Source: a virus
Reading direction: 5' to 3' (one strand)
IMG/VR virus record: IMGVR_UViG_3300017989_000002
DNA: 64,000 bases
The notes under the pieces were generated by a model that worked only from the letters and a program-made list of their open reading frames with translations, was not told the DNA's origin and made no database searches. This document shows, piece after piece, positions 1 through 8,998 of the stretch (the stretch's first letter is position 1; each line of letters starts with the position of its first letter). The position numbers were made by a program, and so were the translations under genes.

Positions 1-212
1 GTGGCCACCCCGCTGATGTAGAAGCGGTCACCCACCTCCACGTCTGCGAAGGCGTCGTTGGCGCCGCTGACGTCGGCCGAGGCCGCCGCCGCCGTGAGGC
101 CCGTGCCGGTGCCCGCGTCGGGCTGGGGGGCGCCTGACGCGACCTTCGTGCCGTTCAGGAAGTCGAGGTAGGCGCGGACGCCTGTGAGGGTCTTGGTCGC
201 GTAGAGGGCCAT
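1..212 (-). CDS. Partial virion structural protein (runs off the left edge)
   Basis: ATG at 210-212 overlaps the upstream stop (TGATG). MALYATKTLTGVRAYLDFLNG...FADVEVGDRFYISG resembles FANVEEGDYFYIQG in 58972..59949. Confidence 0.6.
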   Translation of the reverse strand, partial: MALYATKTLTGVRAYLDFLNGTKVASGAPQPDAGTGTGLTAAAASADVSGANDAFADVEVGDRFYISGVA

Positions 213-784
213 CAGCGTGCTCCGTGAGCCTTGTCGAGCTCGGTGAAGATCCGGTTGAGCAGCACGTCGCGGCCGACGGGGTTGGCGAGCTGCCCCTCGA
301 CCTTGACGTACAGGGTGGGGCGGTAGGGGAGGGCGCCGAGCTCTTCCTCCTCGATGTCGGCCTGGTGAGGACGCACGATCCGCTGCTCGCGGCCCTCCAC
401 CTGCGAGACGGCCTTCTGCTCGTCGACGTCGATGAGCTCGGCGAACACGACGGCCGTGCCGGGGAGGAAGTTCCCGAACACCTCATCGGCCGTCATGGCG
501 AAGGAGGGCACGAGACCCATCTTGGTCTGCTCACGACCGCCTGGGAAGTCGTCCTGGTCGTCCGGCGGCCAGAACTGGTAGATCACGTCGTCCCCGCTCT
601 CCGCGTAGTCGACGTCGAAGGACTCGCCTCGATGGCGCTTCCAGTCGAAGGCGACGGGCTTGACGCCGGCCTTGTCGACCGCTCCCTTCTCCTGCATGTC
701 CTTCACGGCCTCGCGGCCACGGGCGATCTTGTCGAGATGCTCGGGGGTCAGGTCACCCCGCGTCTCCGGCGATGTCTGCTGCAT
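212..784 (-). CDS. Hypothetical protein
   Basis: ATG (MQQTSPE) preceded by GGAGG; normal GC3-rich codons. Confidence 0.65.
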   Translation of the reverse strand: MQQTSPETRGDLTPEHLDKIARGREAVKDMQEKGAVDKAGVKPVAFDWKRHRGESFDVDYAESGDDVIYQFWPPDDQDDFPGGREQTKMGLVPSFAMTADEVFGNFLPGTAVVFAELIDVDEQKAVSQVEGREQRIVRPHQADIEEEELGALPYRPTLYVKVEGQLANPVGRDVLLNRIFTELDKAHGAR

Positions 785-1601
785 CGAGTTCCTCCAGGTC
801 TCCGCCCTGTATATCATCGATGGACGGAATGGCAGGGATGTGGGCCCGGCCGAGCTTGAAGGTGCGTGCCTTCTCCCTCATGTCTGCGCCGGCACCGCCA
901 CGCTGCTTGTCCCTCGCCTCGAGCAGCTTGCCCAGTCCGCCCATGAGCCGGATGGTGCCGGCATCGGGCATGCGGTCGACCTGCCTACGAGCTCGCTCGG
1001 CCAACTGGAGGCTGAGGTCCAGCGCTTCATCGAGGGCATCCTCTGGGGCAGGGAGGTCCGCCATGATGCCCACGGCACCCAGCGCGCTGCGCTCCTGGCC
1101 GTGCAGGGCGAAGTGCAGCTCGGGCCGGTTGTCCCCGTGCTGGGTGATGTAGGAGAACGCCTGCCGCGGCGACATCACCTCGAAGTTCCAGTAGATGTCG
1201 CGGTAGGCGGTGAGGACGGCGGCCGAGGGGACTCGGACGTTCTTCACCTGCTTCAGCAAGGCCCGCGTCTCTGCAGGGTCCGGGTTCAGGAGGAGGACGA
1301 CCTCGACCGCACGGCGGAGGCGGAACGAGGTCAGGATGTCCTTCGCCGAGCGGACCAGCGCAGTGTCGTGCCAGAGGCGCAGGACCTCGAGCTCCCGAAG
1401 CCACCGAGCGAACTCGAGGTCGTACCTGTTCAGGACCGGAGTCCAGCTGAGGGGGTACTCCGGGAAGGCATCACGACGCGCGACGAGCTCATCCTCAGTG
1501 GGGAGGTCCAGCCCGAGGCTCTCGCACTCCGCCCGGATCTGGGCGTCCGTCCACTGCTTCGACAGGAGGTACTTCAGGTACTTCTCGTGGGGGTACAGCA
1601 A
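753..1601 (-). CDS. Hypothetical helical protein (possible small terminase-like subunit, unconfirmed)
   Basis: 282-aa ORF with coding-like composition in the minus-strand operon. Confidence 0.6.
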   Translation of the reverse strand: MLYPHEKYLKYLLSKQWTDAQIRAECESLGLDLPTEDELVARRDAFPEYPLSWTPVLNRYDLEFARWLRELEVLRLWHDTALVRSAKDILTSFRLRRAVEVVLLLNPDPAETRALLKQVKNVRVPSAAVLTAYRDIYWNFEVMSPRQAFSYITQHGDNRPELHFALHGQERSALGAVGIMADLPAPEDALDEALDLSLQLAERARRQVDRMPDAGTIRLMGGLGKLLEARDKQRGGAGADMREKARTFKLGRAHIPAIPSIDDIQGGDLEELDAADIAGDAG

Positions 1602-1604
1602 CGT

Positions 1605-2114
1605 CTACCCCCTGCCGGCAAAGCGCCCCAGCACGCTGCGGATCTTGCCGTCCGGGAAGATGGAGCTGAAGTCCAGGCCGGACCTGACGCCCTTGCCGAA
1701 CGACTCTCCGACCTCCCCGCTCTTGGCCGTGGCGGCGGCCACGATGTCGTCCGCGTGACGCTTGGACGCCGCGGCAGCCACCTCGTCGATGCGCGCGAGG
1801 GTCGGCTCGGCCACGTCGGTGACGAAGCGCTGCGCGCGAGACACGAGGGCCTTGCGCGCAGGAGCCATGCCGAGGCCCACGGCAGCGCCCGTGGCGATTG
1901 CCCCGGCTCCGGCCGTCAGCTTGCGGTTGAGCTCACGTCGCTTGAACTCGTCGGCCGTCATGCCCCGCTGCGCGCGCACGATCTGGTCCGTGCGGTACTG
2001 CGGCTTCTGGTTCGACCGGATGGCCGAGCCGGCCGCCAGGCCGGACAGCAAGGCAGCGCCCAGCGTGGTCTTCACGTTGGCCAGCTTCTCGAGTTCTGCG
2101 CGGAACGGATCCAT
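1605..2114 (-). CDS. Gly/Ala-rich putative internal virion protein with N-terminal ELEKLA motif
   Basis: MDPFRAELEKLAN followed by two glycine-zipper-like hydrophobic segments. Confidence 0.7.
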   Translation of the reverse strand: MDPFRAELEKLANVKTTLGAALLSGLAAGSAIRSNQKPQYRTDQIVRAQRGMTADEFKRRELNRKLTAGAGAIATGAAVGLGMAPARKALVSRAQRFVTDVAEPTLARIDEVAAAASKRHADDIVAAATAKSGEVGESFGKGVRSGLDFSSIFPDGKIRSVLGRFAGRG

Positions 2115-4039
2115 CAGTGCACCTTGTGGTCGAGCTCCCGTAGGTCGGTGACCACGGACTGGAGCTGGGTCATCGCGTTCTTGGCCGACCGCTCCCTGAT
2201 GTCGTCGTACCCGAGTCGGGAGGCAACGAGCAACTCCGCGAGGTGAGACGCCGCCTTCTCGAGGTCCGGGAGGTAGCTGACGTACATGGACGCGTTCTCC
2301 GGCGTCACGAAGTCGAGGGAGAGCAGGCTGCTGGGCGACTGCCCCTTCATTCGCACGCCCGCCGACTTCATCAGCTCCTGGCCGTCCTCGTTGAACAGGT
2401 AGGCCACCGCGTCACGCCAGGTGGTCGAGCGGGGTGCCAGGTCACGCGGCGGCGCAGGAGTCGCCTCCTCGATGTCGCGCACGTTCGAGAACTCGACGGC
2501 TTCCCGGTAGAGGGACGCGTGCTTGAGCATGCCCCGGGCACGGTCTGGGGCGACACCAGCAGCGCCGAGGGCGAACATCACGCCGGCCTCGTCGTACTCG
2601 CCCTGGATGCGGGCGGGTCCCCACAGACGCCACGCCTCGCCGTCGGAGGCGACCTTCACCATCGACGGCATGCGGCGGAGGTCGAAGGCGGCGTCCTGCA
2701 CCATCGCGTCGTCGATGGTCTTCCGGCTGTCGACGTCGGGGTACGGGAGGAAGCCCATGTAGGCACCCGGCACCGGGAAGGCGTACTCGTTGCCGCCTAC
2801 GTGGGCGATCTTCTGCAGTTCGGGGAAGAAGTGGATGACGATGTCCTGTCCGCTACCGAGACGGGTGGCGACGCAGGCGTGCTTCTCGAAGGAGCCGACG
2901 AAGGACTTGATGAGCAGCGGCTCGTAGGCGACGCCTTGACCGTCGACGGGGACGACCCGGCCCGACGGACGGAAGGGCTCGATGCCGGGGTGCATGATCG
3001 TGTTGGCCGCCGCGACCTTCTCCGCCTCCGCGAACCAGCCGTCGCCGAGGACGAGCGTGCCGGGGAGCTGGGTGTGGTGCAGCGTCCGAACCTCCGGGAA
3101 GATGGAGGCGCGGACTCGACGCCCCCCGATGGAGACCTCGCCGACGCTGGCCTCCTGGACTGAAGCCAGCTTCTCGAGCTGGTCGATGTCGTCGACCGGG
3201 TTCGAGACGAGGGTCACGTAGCCGCGCTCCGCGAGCTCGCCCCAGCGATCTCCGACGAGCTTCTGGGCTGCGTCGTCGTCGATGCGCTTCGCGACAGGGG
3301 AGTAGGCCCCGCAGCTCGCGGTCTTGACCATGAGGTTGCCGGGCTTGCCGCTCACCTGCACGACGTCGGCGTCGGAAGGACCCACCGTCCCGGCATCGAC
3401 CGCAGCCGCGACCTCTCGGACGGTGGGCTCGATGCTGTGCGCGACCGGCTTGAGGTAGGCGGCGAGCTTCTCGAGGTCGAGGCGAGGGCCGATGCCCGCC
3501 CACACCGACGCCGTCTTCATCAGGGACCCGCTGCTCTGGTCAGCGCCGCCCATCCCGTAGCCCTGACCGGAGCCCATCGTACCGAAGCGAGAGGGGACGC
3601 TCAGGTCCAGCGCTCCGCGCCCTCCACGACCGGAACGCCTCGGCTCCGGACCCTCGAACAGCTCCGGGCTCTGCAGCGTGCTCTCGATGTCCTCCTGGCT
3701 GGCAGGGTGGGGCGTGCCCTCCTCGCCGCCCATGTACACGTCGAGCGGAGCCATCTCGCGCTCCTTGATGATGATCGGCATGGAGATGACGCGCTGCTTC
3801 GCGGCGGCAGCCTCCTTCGTCATCATCGTCGGGTAGACGATCACCGTGCCTACCGCTGTGCCCGACCCCTCGTCCTTGTCCTTGATGTCGACGTCCACGG
3901 AGTAGGACTTGAGGTAGGGGTGCTCCTTGTAGACCGCGTCGAGGACCTCCATGCCCCAGTCGTTGGGGTTCGAGCCCAGCTTGGTGCGGTAGGCCAGCTT
4001 CTCGAGGGACGTGTCGGGCTTGTGGAAGAGGGGCTTCAT
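2114..4039 (-). CDS. KxA-repeat-rich putative head/scaffold protein
   Basis: 641 aa with about 13 hydrophobic-x-K-x-A motifs (LEKLA x3, MKTAS, VKTAS, VKVAS, LKHAS and others). Confidence 0.7.
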   Translation of the reverse strand: MKPLFHKPDTSLEKLAYRTKLGSNPNDWGMEVLDAVYKEHPYLKSYSVDVDIKDKDEGSGTAVGTVIVYPTMMTKEAAAAKQRVISMPIIIKEREMAPLDVYMGGEEGTPHPASQEDIESTLQSPELFEGPEPRRSGRGGRGALDLSVPSRFGTMGSGQGYGMGGADQSSGSLMKTASVWAGIGPRLDLEKLAAYLKPVAHSIEPTVREVAAAVDAGTVGPSDADVVQVSGKPGNLMVKTASCGAYSPVAKRIDDDAAQKLVGDRWGELAERGYVTLVSNPVDDIDQLEKLASVQEASVGEVSIGGRRVRASIFPEVRTLHHTQLPGTLVLGDGWFAEAEKVAAANTIMHPGIEPFRPSGRVVPVDGQGVAYEPLLIKSFVGSFEKHACVATRLGSGQDIVIHFFPELQKIAHVGGNEYAFPVPGAYMGFLPYPDVDSRKTIDDAMVQDAAFDLRRMPSMVKVASDGEAWRLWGPARIQGEYDEAGVMFALGAAGVAPDRARGMLKHASLYREAVEFSNVRDIEEATPAPPRDLAPRSTTWRDAVAYLFNEDGQELMKSAGVRMKGQSPSSLLSLDFVTPENASMYVSYLPDLEKAASHLAELLVASRLGYDDIRERSAKNAMTQLQSVVTDLRELDHKVH

Positions 4040-4048
4040 GGAGGCATC

Positions 4049-5257
4049 CTAAGCTGGGAAGAGCTCGTCGTAGCTGTCCTGGATGTTCGTGGCTCGGGTT
4101 GTCGCCGTGTCAGCATACGCCGAAGCCTGCATCCCGAGAAGGGACCAGAAGGCCTCGAGCGGCGCCTTCATGTTCCCTGCCGTCGCGAACATCCCTATCC
4201 CGAGGACGATCCCATCGTCTCCGTAGTCCGGCGCTTCGGGGTCCGAAACGGCCTTCGCGATGGCCCCATCGAGGCCCAGCCCGTCTCCGTACTCGGTGTC
4301 GATGACGTAGACGTGGCACTGCGTGAGGAAGTTGATGAGGTCGATGAGCGCCAAGATCGCGGCCTCGATCCGCTCGACGATGTAGCGGATGTACTCGATG
4401 CGAGCGCGGATCGCGGCGAGCAGATCTCCGAGCAGGTCCATCTGCCCCAGAGCGGGACGCAGCCCGTTCAGGATGTTGCGCAGCCCGCCGAAGATGGCCT
4501 CGAGAGGAGGCACCAGCGTCTGCATCGGCACGCTGTACCAGTGGGGGTAGTTGCCCGGCAGGGGCGTGTACCCCTCGGTGTCGGTGACGTTGCCGCCCAC
4601 CTCCTCCCACTTCTCCTGCATCCGCTCGAGCACGTCACTGCGCCCCGTGGCGTCGCGCACGAAGGGGTCCACGAAGGCAGAGCCGAGGCGGGCCAGGCCC
4701 TTGTAGTCCTCGCCGTACTTCTCGATGGCCTCGGCGTCGAAGATGCTGGTGAAGTCCGAGAAGTCGCCGAAGGCACCGGCGGCTTTCGCCATCTCGCCCA
4801 CGGACTCGAAGCCCGGCAGGCCCAGCACGAAGAGCAGGCCCCACACGTTGGTGTCGTCGTCGGTGAGTGGGCGCATCGGGTCGGAGGTGTCGTGGAGGGA
4901 CGACATCACGTCCAGGCCCCATCCAGAGAGGCCAGTCCCTCTCCAGGGCCAGGTGCCCGCATCCTTGTACGTCTCGAGGTCCCACTCCTTGTCCCAGTTC
5001 ACGTTCATGTGCAGGAACGTCGAGACGTTGCACTCCATCGCCTCCTTGATGGAGGCCTCGATGGCGTTGATGGCCTCGTTGAGGGCCACAGCCGCCAGGT
5101 TCTCCGCTCCGAGCAGGAGGACCTGCGCGAGCTCGAGCGCACTGATGGCGAGGTCGGCCACCCCGAGAGCCACGTTGAGCGGCTCCGTGATGGCATCGAT
5201 GACGGCCTCGATCTGGTCCGTCTCGATGGGGTCCAACTCCAGGGAGTGCCAGGACAT
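4049..5257 (-). CDS. Hypothetical acidic/helical structural protein
   Basis: True start is probably MSWHSLELD at 5257 (TGATG coupling). The upstream extension in the ORF track is a shadow frame. Confidence 0.7.
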   Translation of the reverse strand: MSWHSLELDPIETDQIEAVIDAITEPLNVALGVADLAISALELAQVLLLGAENLAAVALNEAINAIEASIKEAMECNVSTFLHMNVNWDKEWDLETYKDAGTWPWRGTGLSGWGLDVMSSLHDTSDPMRPLTDDDTNVWGLLFVLGLPGFESVGEMAKAAGAFGDFSDFTSIFDAEAIEKYGEDYKGLARLGSAFVDPFVRDATGRSDVLERMQEKWEEVGGNVTDTEGYTPLPGNYPHWYSVPMQTLVPPLEAIFGGLRNILNGLRPALGQMDLLGDLLAAIRARIEYIRYIVERIEAAILALIDLINFLTQCHVYVIDTEYGDGLGLDGAIAKAVSDPEAPDYGDDGIVLGIGMFATAGNMKAPLEAFWSLLGMQASAYADTATTRATNIQDSYDELFPA

Positions 5258-6153
5258 CAGACTCCGAACCCGAAGAAGGTCTGGCCCGCGCGTCGGGCAG
5301 CACGTGCACGGTCCGCGGCTTCGGCCAGCGCACCTACACGACGGATGGCGTCGACCTCGTCCTTGGGCAGGCCGCCCTTCTTCAGTGCCGCCGCGGGGTC
5401 CTCGGCGAAGCGGGACGCGTTCCGGACCATCCTCTCGCTCAAGGTCACGGCCTGGTTCGCGTCGCGGAAGCGGGTGCGGGCGGCGTCGTGAGCTCGGCTC
5501 ATCAGGTCCCGCCGACGAGGAACGTCGCGCTGCAGGGTTCCGGCCGCGTGGTCCAAGTCTGTGACCCGCCGGAACAGGACTCGATGCGCGAGGTCTTCCA
5601 TGTGGTCGACGTCGTCCGCCACGTGGCTCGCGGTGTTGCGCGCCGCGTGCCACGCTGCCTGGGCGCGAGCACCAGCATCGCCCATCGCGCTGGCCCCGGA
5701 GCCGTAGCCGGCCATGAGGCGGCGTAGGGCGGCGGCCTCGTCGCGCTGGCCCTGGATGCGGGAGTCGAGCTTGCCGGGCGCGGCCTTGGCGCGGTTCACG
5801 AGCGCGCTCAGCCGGTCTCGCCGCGCCTTCTGCTCCTGCAGCGGAACCGAGTCGACGAACGCCTGCGCTCGCCGCTTCACCTCGTTGTGGGTCGAGGTCT
5901 TGTAGGCCGTGGGATCTGCGAAGCGCCGAGCAGCACCGCCCCGGAGCAGTCCCGCCAGGACCGTGCTCATGGTCGCGCCGCCCAAGGCACCCACCACGGC
6001 GTTGACGCCGCGCTCGTCCGGCTCGACCTCTTCACCGTGGGCGTACCCGACGATGCCGCCGATGCCCGCCCCAGTGGCGGCCTCCGCCGCGCGGAGGAGG
6101 GCGGCCCGGGTGCGCGCGTTGCCGACCTTCTCCATCTCGACGGATACGTTCAC
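5257..6153 (-). CDS. Gly-zipper/coiled-coil putative internal virion protein (EMEKVG leader)
   Basis: GTG start overlapping the upstream stop, RBS GGGAGG; MNVSVEMEKVG then GAGIGGIVG and GALGG segments. Confidence 0.65.
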   Translation of the reverse strand: MNVSVEMEKVGNARTRAALLRAAEAATGAGIGGIVGYAHGEEVEPDERGVNAVVGALGGATMSTVLAGLLRGGAARRFADPTAYKTSTHNEVKRRAQAFVDSVPLQEQKARRDRLSALVNRAKAAPGKLDSRIQGQRDEAAALRRLMAGYGSGASAMGDAGARAQAAWHAARNTASHVADDVDHMEDLAHRVLFRRVTDLDHAAGTLQRDVPRRRDLMSRAHDAARTRFRDANQAVTLSERMVRNASRFAEDPAAALKKGGLPKDEVDAIRRVGALAEAADRARAARRAGQTFFGFGV

Positions 6154-6818
6154 GAGAACCTCCCGGTGCCTACCGAACTCGATGGTGGCACAGGAGATGC
6201 CCCCGTGCCTGTGTAACTGACCGTGGCTGTCAGCGTCTCCAGACCAACAGCCCACGCCTCCACGAAGGCGGGGATGGTCTGGAGGACCTCGGGGTTCGCG
6301 CCCTTGGACACGTCGAAGTCCTTGCAGAAGATGGCCTTGCCCTCGAACGCCTGCTTCAGGAGAGCAGGCGTCGCCCCCTTGAAGGCGGAGACCATGCCCG
6401 AGTTGAGCGCGCCGACGACGCCGACGCCGGTCCCGACACCGGGGTTGGGGTTCATCGTCACCAGCGCCTGCTCGGCGAACCGGGTGAGCAGCTTGTCCAC
6501 GTAGATCATGAGCATGGGCGTCGTCTGCGGCCCTGCCCACTGCGTGATGCCCATGAACACCGGGATGCCGAGAGCCGAGCCCGGGATCTGCGCGGGGACC
6601 GGAGGGGCGTTCCCAGGCGAGTCCGCGGTGCCTGTCGTGTTGTCCATGATGGTGACGGTCTTGATGCCTCCGGTGAAGCCCTCGCAGAGGGCGTCCAGGT
6701 ACTCCTTCGCAGGGACCTTGGGCTGGCCGGCGACGTCGACCGTCACTGACGCCCCCTGCGGGAAGGTCAGCAGGTAGTCGGCGAACAGGACGCCGGCGAG
6801 GGATGTCGCGTCAACCAC
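6150..6818 (-). CDS. Hypothetical baseplate-associated protein
   Basis: 222-aa ORF directly downstream of the spike gene. Confidence 0.6.
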   Translation of the reverse strand: MVDATSLAGVLFADYLLTFPQGASVTVDVAGQPKVPAKEYLDALCEGFTGGIKTVTIMDNTTGTADSPGNAPPVPAQIPGSALGIPVFMGITQWAGPQTTPMLMIYVDKLLTRFAEQALVTMNPNPGVGTGVGVVGALNSGMVSAFKGATPALLKQAFEGKAIFCKDFDVSKGANPEVLQTIPAFVEAWAVGLETLTATVSYTGTGASPVPPSSSVGTGRFS

Positions 6819-6821
6819 AGG

Positions 6822-8360
6822 TCACCCCATCGAAGCGAACGACGAGGGGAGAGCGATGACGTTGGGTGCGCCGCCGGCGCCGACCGAGCCTGTGCCCTTG
6901 ATCGGGATGCCAGTCATGAAGTCGACCGGGTGGGACAGCGTGGTGACCACGGCTCCCGCTGGGCCCGCAGGTCCCTGCACCACGGTCCCGGAGTTGTCCA
7001 CGGAGATCGTACCTCCCGGCGTCGTGATGGACGCCCCCGTGCTGTTGAGCTCCACGACCACGGTCCCGGCCACGCCCTCCATCTTGATCGTGCCGTCGAG
7101 CTTCATCGTCACCTTGGAGAGGAGGGACTCCACGGTGGGTCCGACGCCGAACATGATGTCGTCCAGGGAGGCCTGCAGCAGGAGCTTGCCCTGGGCGACC
7201 TTGTGAACCGACCCGAACTCGTCGCCGTTCATGTTGGAGACGACGACGGACATGGCCCCCGCCACGATGTCCTCACTGTTCTCCCCCACCGTGCGGCTCG
7301 CACTCCCCCCGATCGTGTCCTTGAGGGAGGCGCCCGTAGAACGCACCTGGTTGCCCGCGACCTTGCGCACGGAGTCGCCGCCGACGTCGACGAGCTGCTT
7401 CTCGCCCACGGTCAGGACGTGGTTCCCTCGGGCCTGCCTCACGAGGGTTCCGGCGGACACGGTGTCGGCCTGGCCTGTCGTGACGGTGCGGGTGCGCGTC
7501 ACCTCTCGACGGACGTCGCCGAACTTGTCGATGAGCTTGCCGCGCACGGTCCTCGAGAGCTGGGACGCGAAGGACTGGACGACAGGCCCCTCGAAGGCGT
7601 GCACCGCGCCGCCGTAGACGACGGACGAGACGTTCCCGGCCCGGTCCACCCAGACCTTCGCCCCGTTGTTGATGTTCAGGACGGCGATGATCGAGTCGGT
7701 CTTGCCGAAGGGGAGCTGCTTGGCGTCCTCCTCCTGGACCCGCCCGGCTCGGACCTTGATGATGGGCTCGTCCTCGCTGAACTCCTTGAAGTCCAGCTTG
7801 AACTCGACCGGCGTGCGGTCCTCACCGTGCCGGTCGTCTTCCCGCCTCGAGGTCCAGGACATAGAGCCGGACGCCGCGGACACGAACCAGTTCTCGAAGT
7901 AGTCCCGGATGGTGTTGCGGATGGGGACGTAGAGGCGCTTGGCGAACTGGGTGGCCCCGAACTCGAGGACCCCGCTGGCCCGGAGCACGGCAAACCCTCC
8001 CTGCGCGCTCGACGCCAGCATGTGATCGCCCTCGTTGAGGACAGGACGGTTCTGACGGAAGTCGTTGGGGTCTTCCTGCGCGTCCCCCTCGTCGAGCTGC
8101 CTTGGCGGCGTCTCGCAGGCGAAGATGAAGGGTGTCCGGGCAGTAGAGGGGAACAGCAGCCAGACGACCGTCCCCTGCTCCAGCGTCAAGAACGACCCGG
8201 CACCGTCCGAATTCACGAAGGCGGGCACGTACTTGATGCCACGGTGCATGCCTCCGAACTTGTCCAGGACGTCGTAGTTGTGCGCCAGGGTGTTGACCGC
8301 CTGGACTACGCCCTTCACGACCCGGACGGGACGCAACCTGCCGTCGGTGGGGCCTCTCAT
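6822..8360 (-). CDS. Gp5/VgrG/gpV-like baseplate central spike
   Basis: N-terminal OB-fold-like region (VVKGVVQAVN...GTVVWLLF) and C-terminal 8-residue beta-helix repeats (VGEKQLVD VGGDSVRK VAGNQVRS TGASLKDT IGGSASRT VGENSEDI). Confidence 0.8.
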   Translation of the reverse strand: MRGPTDGRLRPVRVVKGVVQAVNTLAHNYDVLDKFGGMHRGIKYVPAFVNSDGAGSFLTLEQGTVVWLLFPSTARTPFIFACETPPRQLDEGDAQEDPNDFRQNRPVLNEGDHMLASSAQGGFAVLRASGVLEFGATQFAKRLYVPIRNTIRDYFENWFVSAASGSMSWTSRREDDRHGEDRTPVEFKLDFKEFSEDEPIIKVRAGRVQEEDAKQLPFGKTDSIIAVLNINNGAKVWVDRAGNVSSVVYGGAVHAFEGPVVQSFASQLSRTVRGKLIDKFGDVRREVTRTRTVTTGQADTVSAGTLVRQARGNHVLTVGEKQLVDVGGDSVRKVAGNQVRSTGASLKDTIGGSASRTVGENSEDIVAGAMSVVVSNMNGDEFGSVHKVAQGKLLLQASLDDIMFGVGPTVESLLSKVTMKLDGTIKMEGVAGTVVVELNSTGASITTPGGTISVDNSGTVVQGPAGPAGAVVTTLSHPVDFMTGIPIKGTGSVGAGGAPNVIALPSSFASMG

Positions 8361-8965
8361 CAGCGACCCTTCTTGCGGCCGGGCCTGGTGGCGAGGGTCT
8401 TCGATGCCTCGTACGTGGCTGCATTGGTGGCTGCCTTGCCCACCGCCCCGGCGGCAGCCGCCAAGCCCGCGGCTCCGAGCGCCGCGCGACCCCTACGGGC
8501 GAGGACGCGCTTGACGCCGGGCGACGTCAGCGAGTCAGTCGCCGTCTCCGTGACCTTCTTCACCGTCGCGTCCGTGTTGGAGCTCCAGCCCTTCTCCTGC
8601 AATTCCTTCGCTGCCGCAATTCCTCCCTCGAGGGCGGAGTTGACCCCGGCCTTCCGCGCGGCGCCCTTCAGCGTGAGGTAGTCCTTGACCCCCTCCTGGA
8701 CCGCCTTCGCGGTCCCTCCCTTGCGCAGGAGAGAGATCTGCGGCGCCTTCCCTGTCACTGCACCTGTCGCAGCACCCAGGCCGGCACCGGCCGCGCCCGC
8801 CGCGCCGATGCCCTTGGAGTAGGCGAGTCCGCGATCGTCCTTCCCCGTCTTCTTGGCCCGAATCCCGTAGGAGCGGGCGTTGTCGCCCAGCTCCATGCCG
8901 ATGGCGACGGCGCACTTCTCCATCTCGTCGAGGAAGAACGGGACTGCGTCTTGCGGGATGAACAT
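8360..8965 (-). CDS. Basic Gly/Ala-rich putative internal virion protein with FFLDEMEKCA leader
   Basis: N-terminus MFIPQDAVPFFLDEMEKCA is nearly identical to that of 61240..61791; glycine zippers follow. Confidence 0.75.
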   Translation of the reverse strand: MFIPQDAVPFFLDEMEKCAVAIGMELGDNARSYGIRAKKTGKDDRGLAYSKGIGAAGAAGAGLGAATGAVTGKAPQISLLRKGGTAKAVQEGVKDYLTLKGAARKAGVNSALEGGIAAAKELQEKGWSSNTDATVKKVTETATDSLTSPGVKRVLARRGRAALGAAGLAAAAGAVGKAATNAATYEASKTLATRPGRKKGR

Positions 8966-8998
8966 GGGGCCCTCTCGTGCCTGTTGTAGCAGGAAGGC

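Noticed and set aside
2114-4039. Major capsid protein call
   Set aside because: No HK97-fold features recognisable by eye; left as a KxA-rich head-associated protein pending structure prediction.
6822-8360. T6SS, eCIS or tailocin locus suggested by the VgrG-like spike and baseplate genes
   Set aside because: A portal-like gene and a full DNA replication module are present, and no Tss membrane complex or ClpV was seen.
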